From NCBI GenBank assembly GCA_030390025.1, contig CM059432.1, forward strand, positions 140,060,001-140,124,000: 64,000 nt of DNA, in the 5' to 3' direction. The stretch is from Squalus acanthias. Its lineage: Eukaryota. Both the position numbers and the translations under genes were made by a program. This document shows, piece by piece, positions 1-13,206 of this stretch (the first letter of the stretch is position 1; the number at the start of each line of letters is the position of its first letter). Under the pieces are notes generated by a model, which was not told where the DNA came from, did not search any database, and was given only the letters and a program-made list of their open reading frames with translations.

Positions 1-328
1 AAAGTGCGTTACAGCCAATGACGTACTTTTGAAGTGTAGTCACTGTTTCAATGTAGGAAACGTGGCAGCCAATTTGCACACAGCAAACTCCCCTGCTCTT
101 TTTGGAAATAGTGCCATGGGATCTTTTACGTCCAACCTGAGAGAGCAGACAGGACCTCAGTTTAACGTCTCATCTGAAAGACGGCACCTCCGACAGTGCA
201 GCTCTCCCTCAGTACTGCGCTGGGCGTGTCAGCCTAGATTTTTGTGCTCAAGTCTCTTGGAGTGGGACTTGAACCCTCAACCTTCTGACTCAGAGGCAAG
301 AATGCTCCCCACTGCGTCACGGCTGACG
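1..328 (-). mobile_element. tRNA-derived Deu-domain SINE (SacSINE1-like), partial
   Basis: Reverse complement matches the full copies at 17438-17900 and 51410-51878 (head ...ctctgagtcagaaggttg, core gatgagacgttaaac, tail ggctgtaa). Confidence 0.85.
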
Positions 329-676
329 AGTTCAATTGAAGAACTAGCACTGGAACAGGTCAAATGGCTGACTGGACCTCCTTCAGTGCTGCAATTTCTA
401 TTATTCTATGATTATGGACTGAGATCTCAGGAAATTTGCAGTCACAAGTTATGATGCTCTTTTGCGCAAATGAAAAATAACCCCCCCCGACCTCCCCTTC
501 ACTTTGTTTGTTCTTTGGCCATGTGATCCGAGATAGAATCTCAAACTCTAGTTTAGATGAATCCTGGACTGCAAGTCGCAGGCTTTAACTGCCAAGGATT
601 ATTTCACAAGTATGAGTTACGACTTTTGATTTTCGTATGCATGAAATAATCTTCCAGCATGTAGTGAAATGACACA

Positions 677-1216
677 TTAGAAAAACACTAATCCTGGAAA
701 TACTCGGCAAGTTAGGCTGCATGTGTGCAGAAACAGAATTTGATGTTTCGGATGAGACGTTAAACCGAGGCCCTGTCTGCTCTCTCAGGTGGATGTAAAA
801 GATCCCATGGCACTATTTTGAAGAAGAGCAGGGGAGTTACCCCTGGTGTCCTGGGGCCAATATTTATCCCTCAGTCAACATCACTAAAAACAGATTATCT
901 GCTCATTATCACATTGCTGTTTGTGGGAGCTTGCTGTGTGCAGATTGGCTGCCGCGTTTCCTACATTGCAACAGTTTCACTTCAAAAAGTACTTCATTGG
1001 CTGTAAAGCACTTTGAGATGTCCAGTGATCGTGAAAGGCGCCATATAAATGCAAGTCTTTCTTTTTTTCTTTTATGTTTCAGGCCTTAGACCCTTTCTCA
1101 GGACTCTGTGGTAGGTCAAAGACCTGAAGCATTGACATCTGCATTCTGAGTATTTCCAGCTTTTTACTCATTCTTTTCTTTTTAGATTTTTAGCATCTAC
1201 ACGACTTTTGGCATTT
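677..1216. mobile_element. Degraded inverted pair of Penelope-like 3' tail fragments, split by a SINE
   Basis: ctggaaatactcggcaag (minus) and ctgagtatttccagc...tagatttttagcatct (plus) resemble the tails at 16430-16540 and 56512-56641. tgaaataatcttcc is repeated at 642-655 and 1217-1230. Confidence 0.5.
750..1072 (+). mobile_element. SacSINE1-like SINE, 5'-truncated
   Basis: Core and Deu domain plus L2-type tail gtgaaaggcgccatataaatgcaagtctttc. Confidence 0.9.
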
Positions 1217-1796
1217 TGAAATAATCTTCCTGTAGTTCACATGCTGTTACTGTGGGGCAGAGTCACCCTCAAGGATTTTTACTCTGTTCGTACGTATTGT
1301 TAGTGGTTTCCAAAGCCTTGGCAAGAGAAAGAGTTAATAAGACAATTAAGCTTGATACTGGAGTTGAGCCATTTATGAAATTTGCAAACCATTAGAGGTT
1401 TGAAGGCTCTGGTCTGGATTGACATCTGTTTGTATTAAAGTTGGCCCAATTTTTTCAAAACGTTTTTCTTTTTTATTCGCATCTTTTTCACTTCTCTCCT
1501 TTGTGGTATAGGATAGAGGTAACTGTTTCCAACTCTGATGTTCAGAGTGCTCTTTTGCTATCTTATCCATTTCCCTCACCACTTGGAATTATCACATTTT
1601 AGTTAGTGAGAAATATGATTCCCGCAAGAGTGCATCGTACACCAGGTGAAGCGTAGGAACTGGGCTGCAAGTTGCTGAATTTGTAAATGACTGACAATGC
1701 AAAATAAATCATTTTAATAGACTTATAGTACTGCACCTGAGTCTATTGGTACAAATGTTATGGAGAGCTAAACAATCTTAAGGAAAAGCCTTGGTA

Positions 1797-2255
1797 CAAC
1801 AATAACTTGTATTTATATAGCACCTTGAGCGTAGTAAAATGTCCCAAGGCGCTTCACAGGAGTGTTAACAAAATTTGACACCGAGCCATATAAGGAGATA
1901 TTGGGGCAGATGATCAAAAGTTTGGTCAAAGAGGTAGGTTTTAAGGAGCATCTTAAAGGAGGAGAGAGAGGTGGAGATTTTTAGGGAGGGAATTCCAGAG
2001 CTTAGGGCCTAGGCAGTTGAAGGCACGGCCGCCAATGGTGGAGTGATTAAAATCAGGGATGCGCAAGAGGCCAGAATTGGAGGAGCGCAGAGATCTCGGA
2101 GGGTTGTAGGGCTGGTGGAGGTTACAGAGAGAGGGAGGGGGTGGGGGGGGGGGGAGGCCATGGAGGGATTTGAACACAAGGATGAGAATTTTAAAATCGA
2201 GGCGTTGCTGGACTGGGAGCCAATGTAGGTCAGCGAGCACAGGGGCAATGGGTAA
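1797..2255 (-). mobile_element. L2 LINE 3' fragment
   Basis: Peptide LADLHWLPVQQRLDFKILILVFKSLHG...PKLWNSLP (L2 ORF2 C-terminus) and (ttg)n tail; homologous to 11036-12825. Confidence 0.9.
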
Positions 2256-2969
2256 ACAGTCTGTAAGAAAACTGTCACGTGGAAAGGGGATTGTAGAAAC
2301 ACAGGGCACAATTTTAACCCTGCCCGTTGGGTAGAAACCATCTGTTTCCGCCTAAGTGTAAATGGGGCAGTAGCAAGATAAAAATCACCCCGATACGTTT
2401 TCCTCACATGGTTGCATATGTGGAACAGTCTGTAAAACCTTTGTACATTTAAAACCACAGTTTCTAAAACTACAACTGAGAACAATGTAAAAAGGTTTAA
2501 TATAGTCCTTTTTTAAAGACAAACTGGGCTCTATGCCATACACTTCTAGTGTTGCAGCCATTTGACAAGCTCACTAAGACCCTGAAAGCTGTGCAGAAAA
2601 CTTTCACTGTAATGTAATGATTTCATTAATGTAAAAAAAATTGCATAACGAAAATATTATTTTGTTACTTTTGTGTGACTTAAGATGGTACCAGGGTTCT
2701 TCTGACCTCTGTCTCCCGAAGGGGTCAACAATTCCCTTTAATATAAAATTAACTATTGGGGCTTGAAAAGATTCATCCCTCTAAAGTTGGAAGGTTAAGT
2801 TTGCTCCTTTAAAGTTTGTTACACATTGACTTTAACTGGAGTTTTAACCAGTTATTACTGTCCTGATCTAGGTCATATCTTACAGCTGGTCATAAATCTC
2901 TCTACTGATCCTTTTGTCCATCTTCATCTTCTGGTGGTAACCTCTAGATTAGAAATGTGAATATCCACT

Positions 2970-5168
2970 ATTTTTTATTCGTTCCTGGGATGAGGGCATC
3001 GCTGGCAAGGCCAGCATTTATTACATGGTGTCCCATGCACGTGCTGTCCTTGTCCTTCTAGGTGGTAGAGGTTGCGGGTTTGGGAGGTGCTGTCGAAGAA
3101 GCCTTGGCGAGTTGCTGCAGTGCATCTTGGAGAAGGTACACACTGCAGCCACGGTGCGCCTGTGGTGGAGGGAGTGAATGTTCAAGCTGCTGGATGGGGT
3201 GCCAATCAAGCGCACTGCTTTGTCCTAGATGGTGTCGAGCTTCTTGAGTGTTGTTGGAGCTGCACTCATCCAGGCAAGTGGAGAGTATTCCATCACACTC
3301 CTTACTTGTGCCTTGGAGATGATAGAAAGGCTTTGGGGAGTCAGGAGGTGAGACATTCGCGACAGAATACCCAGCGTCTGACCTGCTTTTGTAGCCACAG
3401 TATTTATGTGGCTGGTCCAGTTAAGTTTCTGGTCAATGATAACCCCCAGAATGTTGATGGTGGGGGATTCAGCGATGGTAATGCCGTTGAATGTCAAGGG
3501 GCGGTGGTTAGTCTCTCGCTTGTTGGAGATAGTTATTGCCTTGCACTTCTGTAGCGCGAATGTTACCTGCCACTTATCAGCCCAAGCCTGAATGTCGTCC
3601 CGGTCTTGCTGCATGCGGTCATGGACTGCTTCATTATCTGAGGAGTTGCGAATGGAACTGAACACTCCGCAATCATCAGTGAACATCCCCATTTCTGACC
3701 TTATGATGGAGGGAAGGCCATTGATGAAGCAGCTAAAGATGGTTGGGCCTAGGACACTGCCCTGAGGAACTCCTGCAGTGATGTCCTGGGGCTGAGATGA
3801 TTTTCATTCAACAACCACAACTATCTTCTTTTGTGCTAGATATGACTCCAGCCAGTGGAGAATTTTCCCCCCGATTCCCATTGACTTTATTTTTACTAGG
3901 GCTGCTTGATGTCACTCAGTCAAATGCTGCCTTGATGTCAAGGGCAGTCATTCTCCCCTCAACTCTGGAATTCAGCTCTTTTGTCAATATTTGGACCAAG
4001 GCTGTAATGAGGTCTGGAACCGAGTGGTCCTGGCGGAACCCAAACTGAGCATCAGTCAACAGGTTATTGGTGAGTAAGTGACACTTGATAGCACTGTCGA
4101 TGACACCTTCCATCACTTTGCTGATGATTGAAAGTAGACTGATGGGGCGGTAATTGGCCGGATTTAATTTGTCCTGCTTTTTATGGACAGGACATACCTG
4201 GGCAGTTTTCCACATTGGCGGGTAGATGCAGTGTTGTAGCTGTACTGGAACAGCTTGGCTAGAGGCGTGGCTAGTTCTGGAGCACAAGTCTTCAGCACGA
4301 CAGCCGGGATGTTTTCGGGGCCCACAGCCTTTTCTGTATCCAGTGCGCTCAGCCGTTTCTTAATATCACGTGGAGTGAATCGAATTGGCTGAAGACTGGC
4401 TTCTGTGATGGTGGGAACCTCAGGAGGAGGCCGAGATGGATCATCCACTCGACACTTCTGGCTGAAGATGGTTGCAAACGCTTCAGCCTTGTCTTTTGCA
4501 CTCACGTGCTGGGCTCCGCCATCATTGAGGATGGGGATATTCATGGAGCCTCCTCCACCCGTTAGTTGTTTAATGGTCCACCACCATTCACGACTGGATG
4601 TGGCAGGACTGCAGAGCTTTGATCTGATCCGTTGATTGTGGGATCGCTTAGCTCTGTCTATAGCATGCTGCTTCTGCTGTTTAGCATGCATGTGTTGTAG
4701 CTTCCCCAGGTTGGCAACTCATTTTTAGGTATGCCTGGTGCTGCTCCTGGCATGCCCTTCTACACTCCTCATTGAACCAGGGTTGGTCCCCTGGCTTGAT
4801 GGTAATGGTAGAGTGAGGGTTATGCCAGGCCATGAGGTTACAGATTGTGGTGGAATACAATTCTGCTGCTGCTGATGGCCCACAGCACCTCATGGATGCC
4901 CAGTTTTGAGCTGCTGTTCTGAATCTATCCCATTTAGCACGGTGGTAGGGCCACACAACACGATGCAGGGTGTCCTCAGTGTGAAGACGGGACTTTGTCT
5001 CCACAAGAACTGAGCGGTGGTCACTGCTACCAATACTGTCATGGACAGAAGCATCTGTGACAGATAGATTTGTGAGGATGAGGTCAAGTAGGTTTTTCCC
5101 TTGTGTTGGTCCTCTCACCACTTGCTGCAGGCCCAGTCTGGCAGCTATGTCTTTCATGACTCGACCAG
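2970..5168 (-). mobile_element. Non-LTR retrotransposon, CR1/L2-group family B, 5'-truncated and frameshifted (endonuclease end plus RT)
   Basis: ORF pieces LLDLILTN...SDH (APE end), NYRPISLLS, ALDIKAAFD, MFTDD; homologous to 22411-24430. Confidence 0.9.
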
Positions 5169-5654
5169 CTTTGTATAGTGCTTTTAACATACAAAACATC
5201 CCAAGGCACTTTACAGAGTACAAGTAAGAGGAGTGGTAATATTAAAGCGAGTAGAGAGTTTCGGAGGAGTGGTGTTCACTCTTTACCCTCTGAGAGTAAT
5301 GCATTAACACCCGTATTATCACTGGGATGGGAATGCCTTTATCTGCCAGGTAAAAATCAATGAAAGATTGTGTGGTAACTTTACCTCAGACTCTGAAGTC
5401 TAGACCATCAAGTTTCCTCAGTTATTATTACTGAAGAGGTGCTCAGGGCACAAGGAGTGGGATTTGGTTTAGTGATGAGTCCAAGCCATAAACCATGTCA
5501 CAACTGAGAGGTTGGATGGGTAACCTGCTTCCTGGCCTCCACCCATGTCACTCTGAAGACAGGCCTACTCAAATAGCATTTCTGATGACGTTAGGTCAGC
5601 TCCACCCATAGATGGCTGTCCTCTAGTGTCTCACTCAAATGGCTGTTCTTCCTA

Positions 5655-6060
5655 AAGAAAGAAAGCACTTGCATCCAAACAGCGCCTCTTACAAACTCAG
5701 GACGTCCCAAAGCGTTTTACAGCCAATGAAGTACTTTTAAAGTATAGTCACTGTTGTAATGTAGGGAAACCTGGCAGCCAATTTGCACACAGCAAGATCC
5801 CAGAAACAGCAATGGGATAAATGATCAGATCATCTGTTTTTAGTGATGTTGGCTGAGGGCTAAATATTGGCCAGGACACCCCTGCTCTTCTTCGAATAGT
5901 GCCTTGGGATCTTTTATGTCCACCTGAGAGGACAGACAGAGCCGTGGTTTAATGTCTGATCCGAAAGATGGTACCTCCGACAGTGCAGCACTCCCTCCGT
6001 CCGGCACTAAAGTACCAGCTTTGATTATGTGCTCAAGTCCTTGGACTAAGACTTGAACCC
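5655..6060 (-). mobile_element. SacSINE1-like SINE, inserted into an older SINE
   Basis: Match to the other copies; gaaagaaa tail at the left end. Confidence 0.88.
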
Positions 6061-6061
6061 A

Positions 6062-6320
6062 GTCTGGACAGTGAGTGCTCATGGGCTATTTGTCTATGGA
6101 GCCTGATCCTGTTGCCACCCAATAATATCTACACAGGTGCACTTGCCTGCAAGAGCCACTGAAGAGCAATCAGGAGTGGGAACCCTGGCTGGTTGTCTAT
6201 AATTTAGCCTAGGGTCACTGAGGTCAGTTGGAGCATTGTGCGCTGCTGATCTTGTCTGAAATTAGCGAACAGCTGAGGCCACATATTGAATCAGAGATCT
6301 TCCTGGGTTATACAGCTCAG
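6062..6320 (-). mobile_element. Older, unassigned tRNA-derived SINE-like repeat
   Basis: gatcaggagtgggaaccctggct-type motif; related fragments near 21230-21450 and 46540-46790. Confidence 0.5.
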
Positions 6321-6426
6321 AGAGTAATTGGAGGAGGGGGGAGAAACATTCCCATTGCGCGGCAACCCAAAGTGACATTCCAGCAGTACCACTTGTTGGA
6401 GGGGAGGCAATTAAAATACAACATTC

Positions 6427-7121
6427 GGCTCTGATTTTAACTACGAGACAGTTTTGGCGGCAGAGTTTTAGGAGGGCAATTTGAGCCTAACCTGCCTGTT
6501 GGGAAACTGACGGGATCGGGTACGACGCCGGTTTCACACCCCGCCCGATTTTACTCTCCACTGAAGTCAATATCGGGCGGGGAGTGAAACCGGCGTCCCA
6601 CCTGATCCTGTGGGATTCCCGCCTGGAGCGTTAGGTTAAAATTGACCCCGTCTCAGTTCAAAACTCACCCGCTGCAGCAAAAAAAAGAGGCCCGGGGGTA
6701 TTTTAACTCCTGGGCCTCATTCCGACCCTGTCGGCCCACTTCTCACCCATGGTCGGAAGCTGCGGAAATTTACGTGGCCTGGAGGCTGCCTGCCGAGACC
6801 AAGTCAGCGGCAGGATTGGCTGCCGGGCTGTCCCATGGTGGGTGGGGGTCCCCAGGATCAAGGAGGGGGGGTGGGAGGGCGAGAGACCGCGGCAGGGGGA
6901 GGCCTAAGCTTTCCTTGCGTGGCCGGGTGGAGCAACCCTGCTCCTTCTGGCCCCACGAACTACTTCCTCGCTGCGTTGACTTGGCGGGAAACTCACTGTC
7001 ACGTCCCCCTCAGACAGCCGATTAAAAATCGCAGTTGGCTCAGGGTGGGTAACTAACCTGGGTCGATTTTGAATGCGCCCCTGCCCGGTTTGGGCTGGGT
7101 GGGTAGGGTTCAAATCGCCTC
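6427..7121. mobile_element. GC-rich non-autonomous Harbinger-like element with a nested palindromic MITE
   Basis: Ends ggctctgattttaac and ggttcaaatcgcctcc resemble imperfect TIRs; no coding capacity. Confidence 0.5.
6473..6649. mobile_element. Palindromic MITE (about 177 bp)
   Basis: TIRs gggcaatttgagcctaac / gttaggttaaaattgacccc; internal inverted arms ccggtttcacaccccgcccgat / atcgggcggggagtgaaaccgg; related copy at 47476-47661. Confidence 0.75.
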
Positions 7122-7473
7122 CGCAGTTTGCGGGTCCTTCAGTTAACACTCTCCTAGTGCTTCACTAGGGATGAAATTCCTCTTGCCAATAACTGTAGCA
7201 AAAAAATTTGGATGTAAAAATACGAGTTTCTACTTTGGACTCGCTAAAATTGCCAGGAGGGGGAAATTTCATCCGCTTTGTGGGTTCCACGTGGATACTT
7301 GAATAGGACTTGATGACAGGTCGGGCGGAGTTTTGTGCCAAATATCAGGCATATAACCTGGGGGATGCATTGGAGCCGCCGTGTGCTGCCCATCGGAGTG
7401 CTAGGACCTATTATCTTCCACATACTTCCTTCCTGATCTCTGTCCTGGTAGGAGAGGGGTGCTAAGATAAGTA

Positions 7474-7930
7474 AAAAGAAAGACGTGCATTTCTATAGCG
7501 CCTTTCATGACCTCGGGATTTCCCAAAGCGCTTCACAGCCAATTAAGTGCTTTTGTGGTGTAGCCGCTGTTGTAATGCACTGAACTGCGGCAACCAATTT
7601 GTGCACAGCAAGATCCTGCAAACTGCAATGAGATAAATCTGTTTCAGAGTTGTTGGTTGAGGGATAAATATTGGCCAGGATACTGGGGAAAATTCCCCTG
7701 CTTTTCTTTGAAATAGTGCCGTGGGATCTTTTATGCCCACCTGAGAGGGCAGACGGGGCCTCGGTTTAACGTCCCATCCGCAAGACGGCAGCTCCGACAT
7801 GTGCGGCACTCCCTCAGTACTGCGCTGGAGGTGTCAGCCTAGATGTTTGTGCTCCGGTCTCTGGAGTGGGACTTGAACCTGCGATCTGACTCAGAGGCGA
7901 GAGAGCTACCCGCTGAGCCACGGCTGACAC
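7474..7930 (-). mobile_element. SacSINE1-like SINE, full length
   Basis: tRNA-like head with A/B boxes at the right end, Deu core, L2-type tail. Confidence 0.9.
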
Positions 7931-8335
7931 CTGGGCTAATCGCTTCCTCACAGGCAGCAAGAAAAAAATCCGACAGTCGTTCTGGATTGCTGTTGTGTGC
8001 TGCCTGGCAGCTGTCTTCACAGTGACATTAGCGGGGCCCATCTGCCCTCTTGATCGCCCAACAGTTTATGGCTGGGAAAGCCAAAGAAGGGGGAAGGAGA
8101 AAAAAGTAGCTTAAGGTTAGAATATTGCCCCGGACAAAAATATACAGAGGACCCCACCGTGTAAAGTTGTGAATTGAATGTGAAGAGTGCCTAATTCAGC
8201 AATACTGCCAAAAGAGTGAGTTACAGCAGCCACGGCTGTTGGCCTGAAGGGCTACCCGGAACAAACAGAGAGCAAGTGCTGAGCTGCTCCGTTTATTCTA
8301 TGAGGGCCAGGGCTCAGGATTTCCTCTGAGCTCCC

Positions 8336-8886
8336 TCATCCATGCCTTTGTTACCTCTAGACTTAACTATTCCAACGCACTCCTGGCCGGCCTCCCACAT
8401 TCTACCCCTCTGTAAACTTGAGGTCATCTAAAACTCGGCTGTCCGTATCCTAACTCGCACCAAGTCCCGTTCGCCCATCATCCCTGTGCTCGCTGACCTG
8501 CATTGGCTCCCAGTCCAGCAACGCCTCAATTTTAAAATTCTCATCCTTGTTTTCAATTCGCTCCATGACCTTGCCCCCTCTCTATCTCTGTAATCTCCTC
8601 CAGCCCCACAACCCCCCCCGAGATATCTGCGCCCCTCTAATTCTGGCCTTTTGAGCATCCCCAATTTTAATCGCTCAACCACTGGTGGTCGTGCATTCAG
8701 TCGCCTAGGCCCTAAGCTCTGGAATTCCCTCCCTAAACCTCTCTGCCTCTCTACCTCTCTTTGGTCACCTGCTCTAATTTCTCCTTATGTGGCTTGGTGT
8801 CAAATTTTTTCTCTTATAATACTCGTGTGAAGCGCCTTGGGACGGTTTACTACATTAAAGGCGCTGTATAAATTCAAGTTGTTGTT
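8336..8886 (+). mobile_element. L2 LINE 3' fragment
   Basis: LIHAFVTSRL.YSNALL motif, 3' UTR and gttgttg tail. Confidence 0.9.
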
Positions 8887-8899
8887 GTGCTGCTCCAGC

Positions 8900-8955
8900 T
8901 CCTCCGCCGGAAGTTCAACGGAAGTGTGGCATTAATCCGGTTCACGCCCGTGAGT
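8900..8955 (+). promoter_or_regulatory. Candidate ETS/GABP-type promoter with first-exon donor site
   Basis: Tandem CCGGAAGT (8907-8914) and CGGAAGTG (8919-8926) in a CpG-rich non-repeat patch, followed by GTGAGT at 8950. Confidence 0.3.
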
Positions 8956-9614
8956 AGGGTATTCCGCCGCACTTCTGACCAAGTTGCGAGCTTCTTTAAA
9001 TCAGTTCCCAAGTGTCATGTGTTGCCACTAACTGCTATAAACGATTGTCGCAGAGTCATTACTTCACATGCGTGTCTGATCCATCCTGTGGGCAAAAAGA
9101 AGTTCCTCATCACACCCGAAGAATGAAGCTATTTGTTTGTAAAGCTGTGTGCAGTGTCTCTCACACGATAATTAAGATTGTTACAAACTCTTTCACCCCT
9201 TCTTTTCAATAAAGGTTTCTGTGAAAATCTTCATTGAGCCATTGAAGGAGTATTTTTTTTAATTTTTCACACATTTTGCAAACCCCTGCCAGCAGTTTGG
9301 CAATATTTATTTACGCAGCCATATGCTGGTTCCAGCAGTTAGGTTCAATCATTGTACAAATATTGTAAAGCGCTTGTGGGACTTGTGTATCTACTGTATA
9401 TTGCACATAAATCAGTTGGATTTATTGCTGCTGAAATTGGTCTCAAGGCTAATAAAGTCATTCACTTTACAAAGATTATGTAAAACCTGAGGCTGGGTCC
9501 CCCATCCTGGAAGCAATTTCTGCAATTAGGCTTCTCTCTCTACATGACGATCAGAGGATAGAATTTAGCACAAGGTCTCCGTACATTATTTCAAAGAATT
9601 AAGATACAAACTGT

Positions 9615-9972
9615 TGAGGTCGCTTTATATTGAGCAACTATTCCTTCGAGCGAGAGCTGGACCTGTTTCTGGCTGGGGCGGAGATCACTTCTTACAAGAG
9701 GTGGGCGCTGCATAGAATGATCAGGGCCGGAGTGATCTCCTGGACTAGTTTCCATCACCGAAGGTGCTTGGAGAGGAATTTCCTAGATTTTGTTCCCCCC
9801 CAAATTGGCCTGGATTGTTATCTGTTTTTTCACCTCTCCCAGGAGATCACATGGTTTTGGGTGGGGTGGGGAGTGTGTATTGTGATGCACAAGGCATTAC
9901 AATTATGTGGGATAGACTGGATGCAGCGGGGTGGGGGTCTCTTCCTGTCCATCATTGTTCATATGTTTGTAA
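9615..9972 (+). mobile_element. CR1 3' end / long 3' UTR fragment
   Basis: FERELDLFL...I (CR1 ORF2 end) then ggagaggaatttcc...cctctcccaggagat, shared with the minus-strand copy at 50360-51370. Confidence 0.65.
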
Positions 9973-10035
9973 GTAGCAAAGTAACAAAGCAGCTACACAG
10001 CAAAGAAGCAACTAAAACGGTTTGAAAAATACAAA

Positions 10036-10550
10036 GGCCCGTATTTTCCGATGCCTACGGGTGTGTACGAGCTGTGTACACACCCGTAGGGACATCGGGA
10101 ATGCCGGTTTCAGGCATGTGAAGCCCTGGAGAAGACCTCCGCCCGCTGAAAACACTTAAAAATCTTACGCCTGGTAAAAGCAGGCGTAAGGCCTGCTTTT
10201 ACCAGCATAAGAGTTCAAAAAAGTTTTTAAAAAAATTTCACTCATTTATAATTTTTAAATACTTTTAAAAAAGGTAAGTTTATTTTTAGCCCCGTAAAAA
10301 ACTTTAATTATTTTTTTCAAAAAATTACATTTTTGTTTAAAATATTTAATTTAATGTAATTTTAACTCATTTTAAAAACGTGATGATTTTAAAAAAAATG
10401 TATTTAATGTTTTAGTGTCTTTTTGGGGTGATCTCCATTCATATATTTGACAGGTCTATTTGTCAAAAGTATGAAGGGGGATTCCCTTCTCCCATTGGCT
10501 TGCCTGGCCCACGTGATCCCAGGGACGCTTGCGAACCGCCTTCCCACGGC
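10036..10550. mobile_element. Harbinger-like non-autonomous element fragment with AT-rich core
   Basis: ggcccgtattttcc-type start and internal inverted repeat ctggtaaaagcaggc / gcctgcttttaccag. Confidence 0.4.
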
Positions 10551-10850
10551 CAATTAGAAAGCGAACACACTTTTCATGACCCAATTGGATAATTATTGAC
10601 TGTCCGTCAAACAGTTTTTTTTCCCCCATCACCAATATTTTTATAACTAATATCGAAAGTGTTCAAAGAAAATGGAAAAAAACACACAATTTTGTTTATT
10701 GCCCCATGATTTTTCTCCCTGGTTTTAGTGCGGAACAATGTCCTGGAGATTAATCTTCAATTCCTAGAGACACGAGACAATCCTGGAGTGTTGGCAGCCC
10801 TAAACATGAGAGTTGGAGCCTCCCTTTTTGTACAGGCACTGGGGTAGAAT

Positions 10851-11014
10851 TTCTGCGGGATTCCACGATCTCCCATCATAACTTTGGTAGGAGATCGGTG
10901 GAAATCCCGGAGAAACGGCAGGAATGGCGATTGGCACCATTTCTCCAGGGTATCCTCCAATCTTCTGCCAAAGTTACAATGGGAGATTGGAAGAACCCCC
11001 TTGGAAATTCAAGG
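10851..11014. mobile_element. Palindromic MITE
   Basis: Inverted arms atctcccatcataactttgg / ccaaagttacaatgggagat; ggggtagaattt terminus. Confidence 0.55.
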
Positions 11015-11035
11015 CGTATATATTTTGACCCTTTA

Positions 11036-12825
11036 ATCCGATCAGCTGCCTCTGCCACTTCCCTTCCTTCCCCTAGCCCACCGGGCCAAACTTCCTCTAA
11101 GGTTCACCCCAACCCTATCTCTGATCTCGCATCTTTCTCCAGTTTCTCTCCGATCTCCCCTCTTGACCTCCCCGAGCTCTTCTTGTCCATGAAACCCACT
11201 TCCTGCTCCTTCGACCCTATTCCCACTAAACTGTTGACCACCCAACTTCCTTTTCTGGCTCCCATTTTAGCTGACATTATTAACGGTTCTCTCTCCTCAG
11301 ATACTGTCCCCCTCTCCTTCAAATCAGCTGTCATCACCCCTCTCCTCAAAAAAACAACCCTTGACCCCTCCGTCCTTGCAAACTACCACCTCATCTCCAA
11401 CCTCCCTTTCCTCTCCAAAATCCTTGAATGTGTTGTCGCCTCCCAAAACAATGCCCATCTTTCCTGGACCTCTGTGTTTGAATCCTTCCAATATGGTTTC
11501 CGCCCCTGCCACAGTACTGAAATGGCTCTCATCAAAGTCACAAACGACATCCTTTGTGACTGCGACAAAGGTAAACTATCGCTCCTCATCCTTCTCGACC
11601 TGGCTGCAGCCTTTGACACGGTTGACCACTCCATCCTCCTCCAACGCCTCTCCACCGTCGTTCAGCTGGGTGGGACTGCACTCGCCCGGTTTCATTTGTA
11701 TCTATCTTATCGTAACCAGAAAATCACCTGCAATGGCTTCTCTTCCCACTCCCGCATCGTTACCTCTGGGGTCCCCCAAGGATCTATCCTTGGCCCCCTC
11801 CTATTTCTCATCTCCATGTTGCCCCTTAGCGACAGCATCAGAAAACACAGCGTCAGTTTCCACATGTACGCTGACGACACCCAGCTCTACCTCACCTACC
11901 ACTTCTCTCGACCCCTCCATGGTCTCTAAACTGTCAGACTGCTTGTCCGACATTCAGTACTGGATGAGCAGAAATATTCTCCAAATAAATATTGGGAAGA
12001 CCGAAGCCATTGTCTTTGGGCCCGGCCACAAACTCCGTTCCTTAACCACCAACTCCATCCCTTTCCCTAGCATCTGTCTGAGGCTGAACCAGACTGTTCA
12101 CAACCTTGGTGTCATATTTGACCCTGAAATGAGCCTCCGACCACATATCCGCGGCATAATTAAGACCGCCTACTTCCACCTCCGTAACATCGCCCGTCTC
12201 CGCCCTTGCCACAGCTCATCCGCTGCTGAAACCCTCATCCATGCCTTTGTTACCTCCAGACATGACTATTCCAATGCACTCCTGACTGGCCTCCACATTC
12301 CACCCTACGTAAACTTGAGGTCATCCAAAACTTGGCTGCCCATGTCCTACCTCGCACCAAGTCCCGTTCGCCCATCACCCCTGAGCTCGCTGACCTACAT
12401 TGACTCCCGGTTAAGCAACGCCTCGATTTCAAAATTCTCATCCTTGTTTTCAAATCCCTCCATGGCCTCGCCCCTCCCCTATCCTGTAATCTCCTTCAGC
12501 CCCACAACCCCCCGAGATATGTGCGCTCATCTAATTCTGCCCTCTTTAGCATCCCTGATTATAATCGCTCAACCTTTGGTGGCCGTGCCTTCTGCTGCCT
12601 AGGCCCTAAGCTCTGGAACTCCCTCCCTAAACCTCTCCGCCTCTCTACCTCTCTTTCCTCCTTTAAGACGCTCCTTAAAACCTACCTGTTTGACCAAGCT
12701 TTTGGTCACCTGCCCTAATTTCTTATGTGGCTCGGTGTCAATTTTTGTCTTATAACACTTCTGTGAAGCACCTTGGGATGTTTTACTACGTTAAAGGTGC
12801 TATATAAATACAAGTTGTTGTTGTT
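11036..12825 (+). mobile_element. L2 LINE, 5'-truncated (about 1.8 kb, RT with frameshifts)
   Basis: SCSFDPIPTKLL, LLDLAAAFDTVDH, GVPQGSILGP, YADDTQLY; gttgttgttg tail. Confidence 0.95.
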
Positions 12826-12905
12826 AAAGAGCCGAGTGCACGATATGTATGCAGGTTCTCAGTGTTGGATATACTGTACTTCTAGCATTATGACATGCAC
12901 TGTAC

Positions 12906-13206
12906 ATTGAGTAGAATGGACCTATATTCTCTGGAGTTCAGAAGAATGAGAGGAGATCTCATTGAAATGTATAAAATTCTTCGAGGGCTTGACTGGGTAG
13001 ATGCTGAGAGGTTGTTTCCCCTGGCTGGAAGAGAACTCAGGATAAGGGGTTGGCCATTTAGGACTGAGATGAGGAGAAATTTCTTCACTCTGAGGGTTGT
13101 GAATCTATGGAATCTCTACCCCAGAAGGCTATGGATGCTCAGTCCTTGAGTATATTCAAGAATGAGATTGATAGATTGTTGGACACTAAGGGAATCAAGG
13201 GATATG
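12906..13206 (+). mobile_element. CR1 LINE 3' fragment, followed by a minus-strand CR1 tail fragment to about 13355
   Basis: LYSLEFRRMRGDLIE...RNFFT.RVVNLWN. Confidence 0.85.

Noticed and set aside
1373..1582. 69-aa Lys/Glu-rich minus-strand ORF as a host exon
   Set aside because: Explained by a T-rich plus strand; no recognisable domain or convincing splice sites.
11361..12602. 413-aa Ser/Pro-rich ORF as a novel protein
   Set aside because: Alternative frame of the C-rich L2 strand that joins the true ORF2 frame after a frameshift.
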